64,000 nt of DNA, taken from NCBI GenBank assembly GCA_040222235.1, contig JAVKDO010000066.1:13545-77544 (forward strand). The letters are read 5' to 3'. The position numbers and the translations under genes were made by a program. The stretch comes from Cyclobacteriaceae bacterium. Lineage in GTDB: Bacteria; Bacteroidota; Bacteroidia; Cytophagales; Cyclobacteriaceae. Below are positions 1-9,250 of the stretch, piece after piece (within the stretch, counting starts at the first letter, position 1; the number at the start of each line of letters is the position of its first letter). The notes under the pieces were generated by a model. That model had not been told where the DNA came from. It saw nothing but the letters and a program-made list of their open reading frames with translations, and did not search any database.

Positions 1-189
1 AACAGGAATCTCTAGCCTATCAGGCATAATTGTAAAATCAAATCCGTTCTCATACCCAGGTGTTCCCATAGCTTGCAAGCGATTTGCCATAGTTTCAGCG
101 TAACAATTCTTACAACCCGCAGATACCTTGTTGCATCCTGTAGAAGGGTTCCATGTAGCTTCAGTCCATTCGATTTTCGATTTCTTCAT
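1..189 (-). CDS. Three-Cys-motif protein of the phage Gp37/Gp68 (DUF5131, PF07505-like) family. Only the N-terminal 63 codons are present; the gene runs off the left edge.
   Basis: Own translation of the reverse complement of 189..1: [63 protein letters not shown]. The IEWTxxTWNPxxGC...GCxxCYA N-terminus is the family signature. Its ATG (189..187) overlaps the TAA (191..189) of the upstream ORF as TAATG. Confidence 0.7.
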   Translation of the reverse strand, partial: MKKSKIEWTEATWNPSTGCNKVSAGCKNCYAETMANRLQAMGTPGYENGFDFTIMPDRLEIPV

Positions 190-1289
190 TACCTTAAAAC
201 TTGATAAACAACCCTTCTTCCTTTCTTAAAGACATTGTCATACGTTACCAATGGAGAACTCCCATCAAAATCAATTTCTTTAGCTTTTTTCATTTTCTTC
301 AATAAATCAGAAGAGTGCTTTCCAATATGTCCTTGGCTAAAGGTAAAATTAAGTAGTTGGAAGTTGTCAACTATTTCTTTTGATAGAATCTTCTCTCTGA
401 CCAAATTTTCAAATGTCTCTATTTTGGTTAAGTTTTTTTCACCAAATAGACCTAGCTGAGCTTTGGATTGATCATCGTCTAAATCAAAATCGGCCTCTCC
501 ATTTATTTTATTTCGGTTCCAAGAAATTGATAAGAACTTATCTACGGCTCTAGGATGGGTTGCGCCGAATATAATTCCGTAGATGTTTGATTTTTTCTTA
601 ATTGTGTACGGATATAATTTTAAATCAGATTTATCTGAAACCTTCAGTCTTATTTGATCAAGAAGCGACCTATGAATTAGCCGGTAGGGATTTTCCTTTG
701 CCTGTTTTAAGTCAATATCGATATATGATTTAAATTCCTTACTATCCCCAAATCGCCATAAATAGGATGATGACACAAAATATAGAAAGTCAGTTCCCGT
801 GATATTTTCAAACTGTGTTAAGTATTTTGGAGCCAAAAATTTTATACCATTTTGATCAAGATAAAGTAGAGATGGATTCTTCTTAATTAGGTCAAGCAAA
901 CTTGGGAAGAGTTCCTCGAAATCCTCATTAAATAAGTTCAAATGAATTCCACGGTCAACAGCAGGGTTCTCACTTAGGTAGTCTTCACAGGCAGTCGAGA
1001 GAAGTTTGAATTTTTCTTCATCATATTCGTTGAAGTAAACTTTGACTTGGACTTTATTCTGAAATATGTTGCCAATTTGTTCTTTAATCTTCTGTAGTAA
1101 TCTAATTGGACTCCCTGGAATACCATTTTTATCAAATCCAGTTCCAGCGAAAAAGTCAAAAATGCAAATTTCGGTAGCGGAAGACATTACCCAAGTTGGA
1201 ATCCATGCTTTAGCATAATCTTCAAATATTTCTAGTTTTGCTAGCGTTCCAGGGTCAAAGGGCTCGTCATGAAGGTCTTTATATGGCAT
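189..1289 (-). CDS. tcmP: Three-Cys-motif partner protein TcmP-like (TIGR04474-like), function unknown
   Basis: 366-aa ORF. N-terminus [25 protein letters not shown] followed by the glycine-rich loop [11 protein letters not shown]. The defining genomic context is present: it lies directly upstream of, and is stop/start coupled to, a three-Cys PF07505-type gene. The family assignment is from memory and was not searched. Confidence 0.6.
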   Translation of the reverse strand: MPYKDLHDEPFDPGTLAKLEIFEDYAKAWIPTWVMSSATEICIFDFFAGTGFDKNGIPGSPIRLLQKIKEQIGNIFQNKVQVKVYFNEYDEEKFKLLSTACEDYLSENPAVDRGIHLNLFNEDFEELFPSLLDLIKKNPSLLYLDQNGIKFLAPKYLTQFENITGTDFLYFVSSSYLWRFGDSKEFKSYIDIDLKQAKENPYRLIHRSLLDQIRLKVSDKSDLKLYPYTIKKKSNIYGIIFGATHPRAVDKFLSISWNRNKINGEADFDLDDDQSKAQLGLFGEKNLTKIETFENLVREKILSKEIVDNFQLLNFTFSQGHIGKHSSDLLKKMKKAKEIDFDGSSPLVTYDNVFKKGRRVVYQVLR

Positions 1290-1622
1290 ATATTATAATC
1301 ATTAATTTTGCTATCATGCTTTAGTCTTGACAGACCACATTTGACATCACTAGATCATACTTTATGAGTGACGTCTATGATTTTGAGTCATTTCTACATT
1401 ATTAAAATATCCGTCTACAACCATTAATAGTCAGATAATTCACGAGTTCTTGACTAACAAACAATTTATCGTTTCCCTATAGCCCAAACAATACCTAGAA
1501 ATGAGTATTTTTCGAGTTAGACTGTACGAAAACGAACTTTCTCTTGAGCTAGATTTGATCTAATATTTTCATCATTCTGTAGCATCAACCCCACCCCATT
1601 TTCCACTAGCTTTAGCTAGCAA

Positions 1623-4600
1623 ATGCCAACCACCAATCTCTTAACGTCAGAAGCCCCCTTCCACATCTATAAGTCCTCTGCGGGCTCGGGGAAAACCTAT
1701 ACCCTGGCGAGGAATTATGTGAAGCTGAGCCTGCAAGCACCCGACTATTTCAAGCACATCCTGGCGGTGACGTTTACCAATAGAGCCGCGGAGGAGATGA
1801 AGAGTCGCATCCTGCTTTTCCTGCAAAAAATGGCGCAGAATGATCATGCGCTGGTGGCGGAGCTGGCTCAGGAATTACGAGAGAAAGAAGCCTGGATCGT
1901 CGAAAGATCAGGCGTTGTGCTCAAGCGGCTGCTCCATGAGTATTCGTTTTTTGCGGTCACTACGATTGACACTTTCTTTCACCGGATCATCAAGACCTTT
2001 ACCCGTGAGATCGGGCTGCAGGGAGGCTTCCAGATCGAGATGGATGTGGAGCGCGTGCTGGATGAGTCGATCAATGTGATGTTTGAGACCTTGCAGGATG
2101 ATAAGCAGTTGGCGAAGTGGCTGATTCGTTTTTCAGAAGAGCGACTGCTTGAAGGTAAGTCCTACGATATCAAAGGTGAGATCGTCAAGCTTGGCAGTAA
2201 GCTCTTCAGCGAAGAGTACAAGCGACTTGGCCTAGACCTGACTGGTGAGATTAACAAAGAACAAATACTTGCGATCCAGAAGCAGCTCAATGCTGCACGC
2301 AACAGCTTCTTATCAGAGATGAAGGCCAAGGCGGCACGTATCGTCGTGAGTATTGAGCAAGCTGGCTTTGGAGTAGATAGCTTTTCGTACAAAAAGGGTG
2401 GGATCGCTGGCTACATCTATAGTCTGGCGGCTGGCGATGTTAAGGAAGCTGGAGCCAGAGTACTGGCGGCCATGGTAGATGCTGAGAAATGGTACGCCAA
2501 GAAGGACCCGCAGAAAGAGGTGCTCCATCAGTTAGTCGTTGACAAACTACTTCCAGAGCTGCTCTCGCTGCATCAATTCATGCAGGAGCATGCCAAAGAC
2601 TACTACACGGCCCAGGAGCTGAGTCGCTACTTATTTACGCTAGGCATTCTTCAAAATCTGGCGGAGAAGGTCGCTCACTTCCGCGACGAAAATGAGGTGA
2701 TTCTGATTTCAGATCTGCCGGACTTCCTGCAAGGTGTCATTCGGGACAATGACGCGCCTTTCATTTATGAAAAGGTTGGTAACCGCTATTACCATTTCCT
2801 GATCGACGAGTTTCAGGACACCTCTGGCTTCCAGTGGGAAAACTTCAAGCCGCTGGTGCTCAACAGTCTGGCGAGTGGCAACTTCAATATGGTGGTGGGG
2901 GATGTCAAGCAGTCCATCTATCGCTGGCGCGGTGGCGACTGGGAGATACTGCTGCACAAGATCGAGCAGGAGGTAGACCAGTCCATCCTCGAGGTGAAGA
3001 ACCTCGTCAGCAACCGCCGGAGTTCGGGCACGGTCATCGATTTCAACAACAGCCTGTACACCCAGCTACCGCAGTTGGCGCATGCCGCTTTCGTCCATGC
3101 GCTGGAGGGTATCGACCTACCGGAAAATCAGCGAACGGCCCTGCTCTCCAAGTACGATCAGCTCCAGACAGCCTATGGAGAAGCCTTCCAGGACAAGCCC
3201 GTCGAGACCAGTGCTGTCGGAAATATCGAAGTGACCTTTATCGAAAAGGAAAAGGGTGTCACTTTCAAAGAACAAACGACTGAGAAAGCCATCGAGCAGG
3301 TCAGGCGACTACAGGATGCTGGCTATGGCTTATCAGAAATCGCCTTTCTGGTAAGGTCTAACAGTGAAGCCCAGCACTTGGTCAATGCTTTCATGAAAGC
3401 AGGGGAAGCGGACAATGGTGATGGATATCGCTACGATGTGGTGTCTGCGGAGGCCCTCTATCTCAGAAATTCGACAATCGTCAAGTTACTGATGAGCATC
3501 TTCAGGTATTTGCTCAATGATCGCGACAAGATTGCTTTGACCGAGGTGATCACGACCTATCTGGGGAAGGAAGGCCTTGATGGGTCGCTCGTCTCAAGTG
3601 TCACGCTCAAAGCAAATCCTGAGGAGTTACTTCCGGCGGACTTTGTCACAAACAAGCACACCTTGCTGCGACTGCCGGTCTATGAGCTGATAGAGGAGCT
3701 GATTGCCATGTTTGGGTTAAATCAATGGACGGACGAAGTGGCATATCTACATGCTTTTCAGGATGCAGTGCTGGACTTTAGTGGTACGGAGAAGGGCGAC
3801 TTGCAGTCGTTTATGACCTGGTGGGACGTGAGAGGCTACAAGCGCACGCTTCCCTCGGAGCAGGCCACTGATGCCATGGAGGTATTGACCATCCACAAGG
3901 CCAAAGGATTGGAATTTGGGGTGGTGATCTTGCCGTTCTTCGATTGGACACTAGATCATGAGACGACCTTTGATAACATGATTTGGGTACATGACGAGTA
4001 TATCACACATCAGCAGTCATTGTTGCCCCTGAAGTACACCGCGGCATTGCAGTCTACCCATTTTGCGATGGACTATCTGGCTGAGCAGTCCAATGCCTAC
4101 CTCGACAATCTCAACCTGATCTACGTGGCAACCACCAGAGCGGAGCAAGTGCTTTGGATCAACGCGCCATTGCCGACCAATCCACAAGGGCTCAAGACCA
4201 CTGCGGACATACTCTACTGTGCACTGGAGCCTGACCTCAAGGACAATCAGCTTCAGATCGGGGCGCTACCCCATCGATCGGATAAACCTGAACCAACCGA
4301 GCTCAGCGCTCCCACCATCTTCCCCACCTCGTCCTGGCGAGAGATGCTTTCGATACGCATTTCTGGTAAGGATGTCTTCGATGCGTCGCGCATGAATCAA
4401 ATCTCCTATGGCGTGCTCGTGCATGAGGTCCTATCGGAAATGAATGTGCTTTCCGACATGGAGCGATCATTGGAGAACTTAAACTGGAAGTATGGTCTGA
4501 CGCAAGAGATCAATCAGGAACTTCATGGACTCATGGTGTCCCTTTGTGAGGATGCGATGATCCAGGACTGGTATCGTGCGGGGCGTGAGGTGCACAATGA

Positions 4601-4817
4601 AGTAGGGCTCCTGACGACCGAGGGTGATCAAAGGCGACTCGACCGTGTGATGATCGATGGACGACATGCCACGGTAGTCGATTTTAAAACAGGGCAGCCC
4701 AAGTCAGCGGATCAGAAGCAGGTGCAGGGTTATATGGAGCTCTTGCGGGAGTTGGGGTTCCAGTCAGTCGAAGGTTATCTCTATTATTTGGGCGATAAAA
4801 CGGCAGTCAAGCTATGA
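1623..4817 (+). CDS. UvrD/Rep-family helicase with C-terminal RecB-type nuclease (AddA/RecB-like helicase-nuclease subunit)
   Basis: 1064 aa. Walker A SSAGSGKTYTL; UvrD motifs VTFTNRAAEEM, DEFQDTS, QSIYRWRGG, VLTIHKAKGLEF, YVATTRA. C-terminal PD-(D/E)XK pattern LDRVMID...VVDFKTG...QVQGYMELL. Confidence 0.85.
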   Translation: MPTTNLLTSEAPFHIYKSSAGSGKTYTLARNYVKLSLQAPDYFKHILAVTFTNRAAEEMKSRILLFLQKMAQNDHALVAELAQELREKEAWIVERSGVVLKRLLHEYSFFAVTTIDTFFHRIIKTFTREIGLQGGFQIEMDVERVLDESINVMFETLQDDKQLAKWLIRFSEERLLEGKSYDIKGEIVKLGSKLFSEEYKRLGLDLTGEINKEQILAIQKQLNAARNSFLSEMKAKAARIVVSIEQAGFGVDSFSYKKGGIAGYIYSLAAGDVKEAGARVLAAMVDAEKWYAKKDPQKEVLHQLVVDKLLPELLSLHQFMQEHAKDYYTAQELSRYLFTLGILQNLAEKVAHFRDENEVILISDLPDFLQGVIRDNDAPFIYEKVGNRYYHFLIDEFQDTSGFQWENFKPLVLNSLASGNFNMVVGDVKQSIYRWRGGDWEILLHKIEQEVDQSILEVKNLVSNRRSSGTVIDFNNSLYTQLPQLAHAAFVHALEGIDLPENQRTALLSKYDQLQTAYGEAFQDKPVETSAVGNIEVTFIEKEKGVTFKEQTTEKAIEQVRRLQDAGYGLSEIAFLVRSNSEAQHLVNAFMKAGEADNGDGYRYDVVSAEALYLRNSTIVKLLMSIFRYLLNDRDKIALTEVITTYLGKEGLDGSLVSSVTLKANPEELLPADFVTNKHTLLRLPVYELIEELIAMFGLNQWTDEVAYLHAFQDAVLDFSGTEKGDLQSFMTWWDVRGYKRTLPSEQATDAMEVLTIHKAKGLEFGVVILPFFDWTLDHETTFDNMIWVHDEYITHQQSLLPLKYTAALQSTHFAMDYLAEQSNAYLDNLNLIYVATTRAEQVLWINAPLPTNPQGLKTTADILYCALEPDLKDNQLQIGALPHRSDKPEPTELSAPTIFPTSSWREMLSIRISGKDVFDASRMNQISYGVLVHEVLSEMNVLSDMERSLENLNWKYGLTQEINQELHGLMVSLCEDAMIQDWYRAGREVHNEVGLLTTEGDQRRLDRVMIDGRHATVVDFKTGQPKSADQKQVQGYMELLRELGFQSVEGYLYYLGDKTAVKL

Positions 4818-7675
4818 GCGGATCATTTTTAGGAGATGTAGCCACGCGACTGCTGGAGCACGTGGATGAGCTCGCCAACTACCAGGTGGTCTTCCCCAAC
4901 CGTCGTGCGGGCCTATTCTTTCAAAAGGAGCTGGCACTGAAGGCCAAGCGGGCGCTTTGGTCACCCAAGGTGCTGAGCATGGAGGAGTTTGTGTATCAGT
5001 ACACCGACCTCCAGTTGGCTGACCCACTCAATTTGATTTTTGAGCTGTACAATTCCTTCACCAAGGTGCAACAAAGTGAGGAGGGGTTTGATCGCTTCTA
5101 TTTCTGGGGTGACATGTTGCTCAAGGATTTTGAGGATGTCGACCAGTCGCTGGTTTCGCCCAAGCAGATATTCCAGGGTATCAAGTCGCAAAAGGAGTTG
5201 GACGAGACGTTCTACTTCCTGGATGAGGAAGACCGCCAGGCAATCCAGTCGTTTTGGGCCAGCTTCCTACCGGAATCCAAGCCCGGTCAGCAGCAGTTTC
5301 TCCGAACATGGAAGATACTCTTGCCTGTCTATGAGGACTTCATTGCCAAGATCATCCAAAAGCGCTGGGGCTATCAGGGTCTGATCTATCGTAGGGTTGT
5401 TGAGTCGATTCAAAACAAGGAATTCCAACCCAAGCCTGACAAAGTCATCTTCGCGGGATTCAATGCACTGACCCCTGCGGAGGAGGAGATCTTCAAGTAC
5501 TTTGTCGGTGAAGCAGGAGCCAAGGTGTACTGGGACTGTGATGACTATTACCTGGCCGATCATGGCCAGGAAGCAGGCAACTACCTACGCCAGTACCAGA
5601 AAGATCCTATCCTGGGTAAGACCTTCGATGAGCGCTTTGCTTCAAGCTTCCAGACCGAGAAAAAGATGGAAGCGATTGGGGTACCCCTACAAGTGGCGCA
5701 AGCAAAAAATGCGGGACTTTATCTCAAAGACCTGATCAATCAGTTTCCCGATAGGGGAGAGAAAACGGTGGTCGTCCTGCCGCAGGAGCAGATGCTCTTT
5801 CCGACGCTGAGTTCAATGCCAGCGGAGATCGGAGCGCTTAATGTGACGATGGGTTATCCGCTGAAGGACACGCCGCTTTATAGCCTGCTGGAGAGCCTGA
5901 TGCAGGTGCAGCAAAGTGCGCGTCAGGCGCATGACTTGAAGACGTTGTACTATTATAAGCCGCTGTTGGAGGTGCTCGGGCATCCTTATTTGCAGCAGTT
6001 GGGGAGCGGTGCGATAGCCGATCTTACGGCACGGATCAAGAAGGAGAATGTCATACAGGTGCCGGAGGAGGAGATCAGGGAGAAGCAGGATCCTGTGCTG
6101 GCCGTGGTATTTGGCGAGGTGCCTACCGGAAAATCCATGGCGACCTACCTCGACAAGGTAGTGAAGCTACTTTATGAACAATTGCAGTCAGGGTTTGAGC
6201 TGGAGCGAGAGTATTTCTTCCATTTTCATAAGGTACTGACAAGACTCGACGAGATTTTAAGCTTCCAAACCTCAGAGGTATCAATGGACACTTTCTCTAA
6301 GCTATTCAGGCAAGTCGCTCGGGCGGTGAAGATTCCATTCTCCGGTGAGCCGCTGAAGGGATTGCAGATCATGGGTGTGCTTGAGACCCGTAATCTGGAT
6401 TTTGAGAATGTGATCATCCTGAGCATGAATGAAGGCAGCTTTCCGGATACGGCTCAGAAGGGCAGCTTCATTCCTTTTAACATCAGACGTGCCTTTGGGC
6501 TACCAACTTTCCAGCAGCAGGATGCTATCTACTCCTACCTGTTTTACCGCTTGATCCAGCGTGCCAAGAATGTCCGCTTCTACTATAATACCCAAGCGGA
6601 GTTTGGTCAAAGCGGCGAGATTAGTCGATTTGTACGACAGCTGGAGATCGAGAGCGCGCATGAGGTCCAGCACGATACAGTGACACAGCCGATAAAGCCC
6701 CGATCAGCCAAAGAGATTGAGATCCTTAAGGATGATCAGGTGATGGCGCAACTTGTGAAATATACCGGTGAAGGTGGGCGAGCATTCACACCCTCGGCGA
6801 TCAATACTTACCTTAGCTGTACATTGAGATTTTACTATCGCTATGTAGCGCGACTTTTTGAGGAGGATGAGGTACAGGAGCAGCTAGATGCAGCCATGTT
6901 TGGCAACATACTTCACAAAACCATGGAGCTGTTATACGAGGATGCCATCACCAAGAGGAAGCCTGCTTTAGTAGAGCCTGCTGACTTTTTCAAGCTGAAG
7001 TCCTCAGTGGATGAAGCCATCCGCATTGCTTTCCGCAACTACTATCATGTGAAGAAAGGTGGCCGATTTGAGATCGAAGGTCGTAATATCGTGATGGCAG
7101 CTTTGGTGAGAAAATATGCTTTGAAGGTACTGGATCACGATGAAGTCCATGCACCATTTGAAGTGGTGGTGTTAGAAGGAGACGAGAAACAAGGCTACAA
7201 GCTGCAACTAGATGTGGAGGCCAATGATCAAACTTATGATGTCAACATCAAGGGCATCATTGACCGCATTGATCAGAAGGATGGACAAGTAAGGATTATC
7301 GACTATAAATCCGGCGCGGACAACCGTGGGGTGGGCACGCTGGCCTCTTTATTTGATCCAAAGGACCGCCAGCGCAACAAGGCGGCTTTCCAGTTGTTCT
7401 TCTACGCGATGCTTTACCAGCACAAGCATGGAGAGGACTTACCCATTGAGCCAGGTCTATTCAACATCAGAGAGATGTTCTTGGAGGGATTTAGCACGCA
7501 GCTTTCCTGGAAGGGTGGAGGTACGCTCTCCGATATGCGGACTTACCTGCCAGAGTACAAAAATCAACTAACAGGGCTGTTGGCTGAGATTTACGATCGG
7601 GAGGTGCCCTTTATTCAGACGGATGATTTGAGGACGTGCGGATATTGTCCGTATAGGAATATTTGTCAGCGGTAG
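4814..7675 (+). CDS. PD-(D/E)XK nuclease family protein, AddB-like partner subunit with Fe-S iron-staple cysteines
   Basis: 953 aa, with a 4-nt ATGA overlap onto the upstream helicase gene. Nuclease pattern GIIDRID...RIIDYKSG...FQLFFYAML. One upstream Cys (YLSCTLRFYY) plus a terminal CGYCPYRNIC (Cx2Cx5C), as in AddB. No Walker A is recognisable at the N-terminus. Confidence 0.8.
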   Translation: MSGSFLGDVATRLLEHVDELANYQVVFPNRRAGLFFQKELALKAKRALWSPKVLSMEEFVYQYTDLQLADPLNLIFELYNSFTKVQQSEEGFDRFYFWGDMLLKDFEDVDQSLVSPKQIFQGIKSQKELDETFYFLDEEDRQAIQSFWASFLPESKPGQQQFLRTWKILLPVYEDFIAKIIQKRWGYQGLIYRRVVESIQNKEFQPKPDKVIFAGFNALTPAEEEIFKYFVGEAGAKVYWDCDDYYLADHGQEAGNYLRQYQKDPILGKTFDERFASSFQTEKKMEAIGVPLQVAQAKNAGLYLKDLINQFPDRGEKTVVVLPQEQMLFPTLSSMPAEIGALNVTMGYPLKDTPLYSLLESLMQVQQSARQAHDLKTLYYYKPLLEVLGHPYLQQLGSGAIADLTARIKKENVIQVPEEEIREKQDPVLAVVFGEVPTGKSMATYLDKVVKLLYEQLQSGFELEREYFFHFHKVLTRLDEILSFQTSEVSMDTFSKLFRQVARAVKIPFSGEPLKGLQIMGVLETRNLDFENVIILSMNEGSFPDTAQKGSFIPFNIRRAFGLPTFQQQDAIYSYLFYRLIQRAKNVRFYYNTQAEFGQSGEISRFVRQLEIESAHEVQHDTVTQPIKPRSAKEIEILKDDQVMAQLVKYTGEGGRAFTPSAINTYLSCTLRFYYRYVARLFEEDEVQEQLDAAMFGNILHKTMELLYEDAITKRKPALVEPADFFKLKSSVDEAIRIAFRNYYHVKKGGRFEIEGRNIVMAALVRKYALKVLDHDEVHAPFEVVVLEGDEKQGYKLQLDVEANDQTYDVNIKGIIDRIDQKDGQVRIIDYKSGADNRGVGTLASLFDPKDRQRNKAAFQLFFYAMLYQHKHGEDLPIEPGLFNIREMFLEGFSTQLSWKGGGTLSDMRTYLPEYKNQLTGLLAEIYDREVPFIQTDDLRTCGYCPYRNICQR

Positions 7676-7782
7676 TAATGGAGTTTACTAGGACTAGTAC
7701 TGTCCTTTGATTTGGAGTAAATCCTGTTTCAGCGCCGGGATGTCTTTGTGGAGTATGCCCCAGATTATTTTGGCATCCGCTA

Positions 7783-7933
7783 GAACTAAGAAAGTCAAAA
7801 ATAATGTTGTTTCGAACGTCAGAGAGAAACCTACTTATCCGATAGATGAAGGCTCAGAAACGTGAGCACTGTTTGCGTAGCAAGATATCTCCGTTGCACT
7901 ACGATATGACATTGTTTTTGACTTTCTTAGTTC
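7783..7933. repeat. 151-bp element bounded by 25-bp near-perfect terminal inverted repeats (MITE-like or long-hairpin element)
   Basis: Left arm 7783..7807 is gaactaagaaagtcaaaaataatgt. The reverse complement of the right arm 7909..7933 is gaactaagaaagtcaaaaacaatgt, a 24/25 match. It lies in the convergent intergenic gap between the AddB-like gene and the OMP gene. Confidence 0.7.
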
Positions 7934-7978
7934 GCAGGTTTAGGTCACCTACATGAGAATCTTCGTTAATTCTTATTG

Positions 7979-8593
7979 CTACTTCAATAGCACACCCAGC
8001 GTAAACCCACCATTGATGGCTATAGGATAACTACCATCGCCAATGACATTGCCATAGTAGTAGCTCAAATCATCCTCATTGGAGAAGCCATAGCCCACCC
8101 CGATAGTCCAGTCGAGCGTCATAATATCACCGAGGATGTACTGCTTGCCGTAGTTGATCATGAGGCTAAAGAAGTTTGCTTGATCATTGCTTGACGGCCC
8201 ATCGAATGGATCTTGATCAATACTAAAAGTGCCAAATGCTACCTCGGGGCGGATATAACCTCCTCTTAGCAGGTGCGTTCCGTAGGTGCCTTTTTGAGCA
8301 TAGTCAGGTTTCAGCTTAAACTTGGGCCCAACTTTCAAAAAGAAGCCGGTTTCTCTTTGCGTAATCACATCTTGACGGCCAAGACCGATGATACCCAGGC
8401 GAGCTTCGATACTTGTAAAGTTCTTGATGTATTGTTCGTACCCGAAAGTAAGATTGCCATTCAGCGGAGAGAAGAACTCCATCTTGATTGCGCGGGTCTT
8501 CATTACTGAGTCGGGGCTAATAGTAACTTCTTGAGCAAGGACACTTCCTGTGCCTACAAACACTGCGATAAGGAATAGATGAAATGTTTTCAT
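7979..8593 (-). CDS. Small outer-membrane beta-barrel protein (porin-family-like), secreted
   Basis: 204 aa. Signal peptide MKTFHLFLIAVFVGTGSVLAQ. Alternating aromatic/Gly-rich beta-strand pattern and a C-terminal aromatic-rich strand (GGFTLGVLLK). Confidence 0.6.
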   Translation of the reverse strand: MKTFHLFLIAVFVGTGSVLAQEVTISPDSVMKTRAIKMEFFSPLNGNLTFGYEQYIKNFTSIEARLGIIGLGRQDVITQRETGFFLKVGPKFKLKPDYAQKGTYGTHLLRGGYIRPEVAFGTFSIDQDPFDGPSSNDQANFFSLMINYGKQYILGDIMTLDWTIGVGYGFSNEDDLSYYYGNVIGDGSYPIAINGGFTLGVLLK

Positions 8594-8726
8594 AGGATTG
8601 AGTTTTGAGTTGAGACCGTTATATCAAATAGAGTGCCAAATGTTACAAATGGTTGTATTGGATATTGATGTTTTTCCTTCGAATGAGCGGTTTGGGCTAT
8701 CGTCATTTCAAGAACACCTGAAACGC

Positions 8727-8751
8727 AAAAAGCCCCGTCTTGCGACGAGGC
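8727..8751 (-). terminator. Rho-independent terminator downstream of trxA
   Basis: On the minus strand: gcctcgtc-gcaa-gacggggc hairpin (7 bp plus 1 mismatch) followed by TTTTT. It sits about 30 nt after the trxA stop. Confidence 0.6.
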
Positions 8752-8779
8752 TTTGAATATCTATGATAACGAAATAGGC

Positions 8780-9103
8780 TTATGCCATCTGTGCGTCGAG
8801 CTTTTGAGCTAGTACGTTTTTAGGTACAGCTCCAATTTGCTTATCTACTACCTCTCCGTTTTTGAAAACGAGTAAGGTGGGGATACTTCTGATTCCAAAC
8901 TTTGCTGATACCTCAGGATTAGAATCTACATCTACTTTACCGATGACAGCTTTTCCATCATAGTCACCCGCAAGCTCTTCCACGATAGGTCCGATCATTT
9001 TACAAGGTCCGCACCATTCTGCCCAAAAATCAACCAATACAGGTTGGTCGCTATTGAGTATGTCGTTGAAGTTGCTGTCCGTGATTTCTAGTGCTTTCGC
9101 CAT
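8780..9103 (-). CDS. trxA: Thioredoxin
   Basis: 107 aa, canonical WCGPC active site (FWAEWCGPCKMIGP), thioredoxin length and layout. Confidence 0.95.
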   Translation of the reverse strand: MAKALEITDSNFNDILNSDQPVLVDFWAEWCGPCKMIGPIVEELAGDYDGKAVIGKVDVDSNPEVSAKFGIRSIPTLLVFKNGEVVDKQIGAVPKNVLAQKLDAQMA

Positions 9104-9250
9104 TTTTTTGCCTTAAATATTAGTTCTAATTGTACTTCTGATTGATCAACGAAATTAGAGATTTTTTTGTTCGCAGTTGATCATATTAATGTTCTTTCAT
9201 ATGTAATCAGTAAGACAATCGGGATGAGTTATTGGATAAGTAATTGCTGA

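Noticed and set aside
974-1159. 61-aa ORF in another frame inside the TcmP-like gene. The plus-strand 74-aa ORF at 235..459 is a similar case.
   Set aside because: Both are embedded in the longer, context-supported 366-aa ORF. They are AT-rich shadow frames without motifs.
2834-3283. 149-aa Gly/Arg/Ala/Pro-rich ORF in an alternative frame inside the AddA-like helicase gene. Similar long shadow ORFs occur at 10998..11435, 36259..36648, 43171..43530, 45180..45665, 50773..51207 and 62150..62578.
   Set aside because: Each lies entirely within a strongly supported, motif-rich gene. Each has low-complexity, biased composition typical of off-frame or antisense translation of G+C-richer coding DNA. 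None has recognisable motifs.
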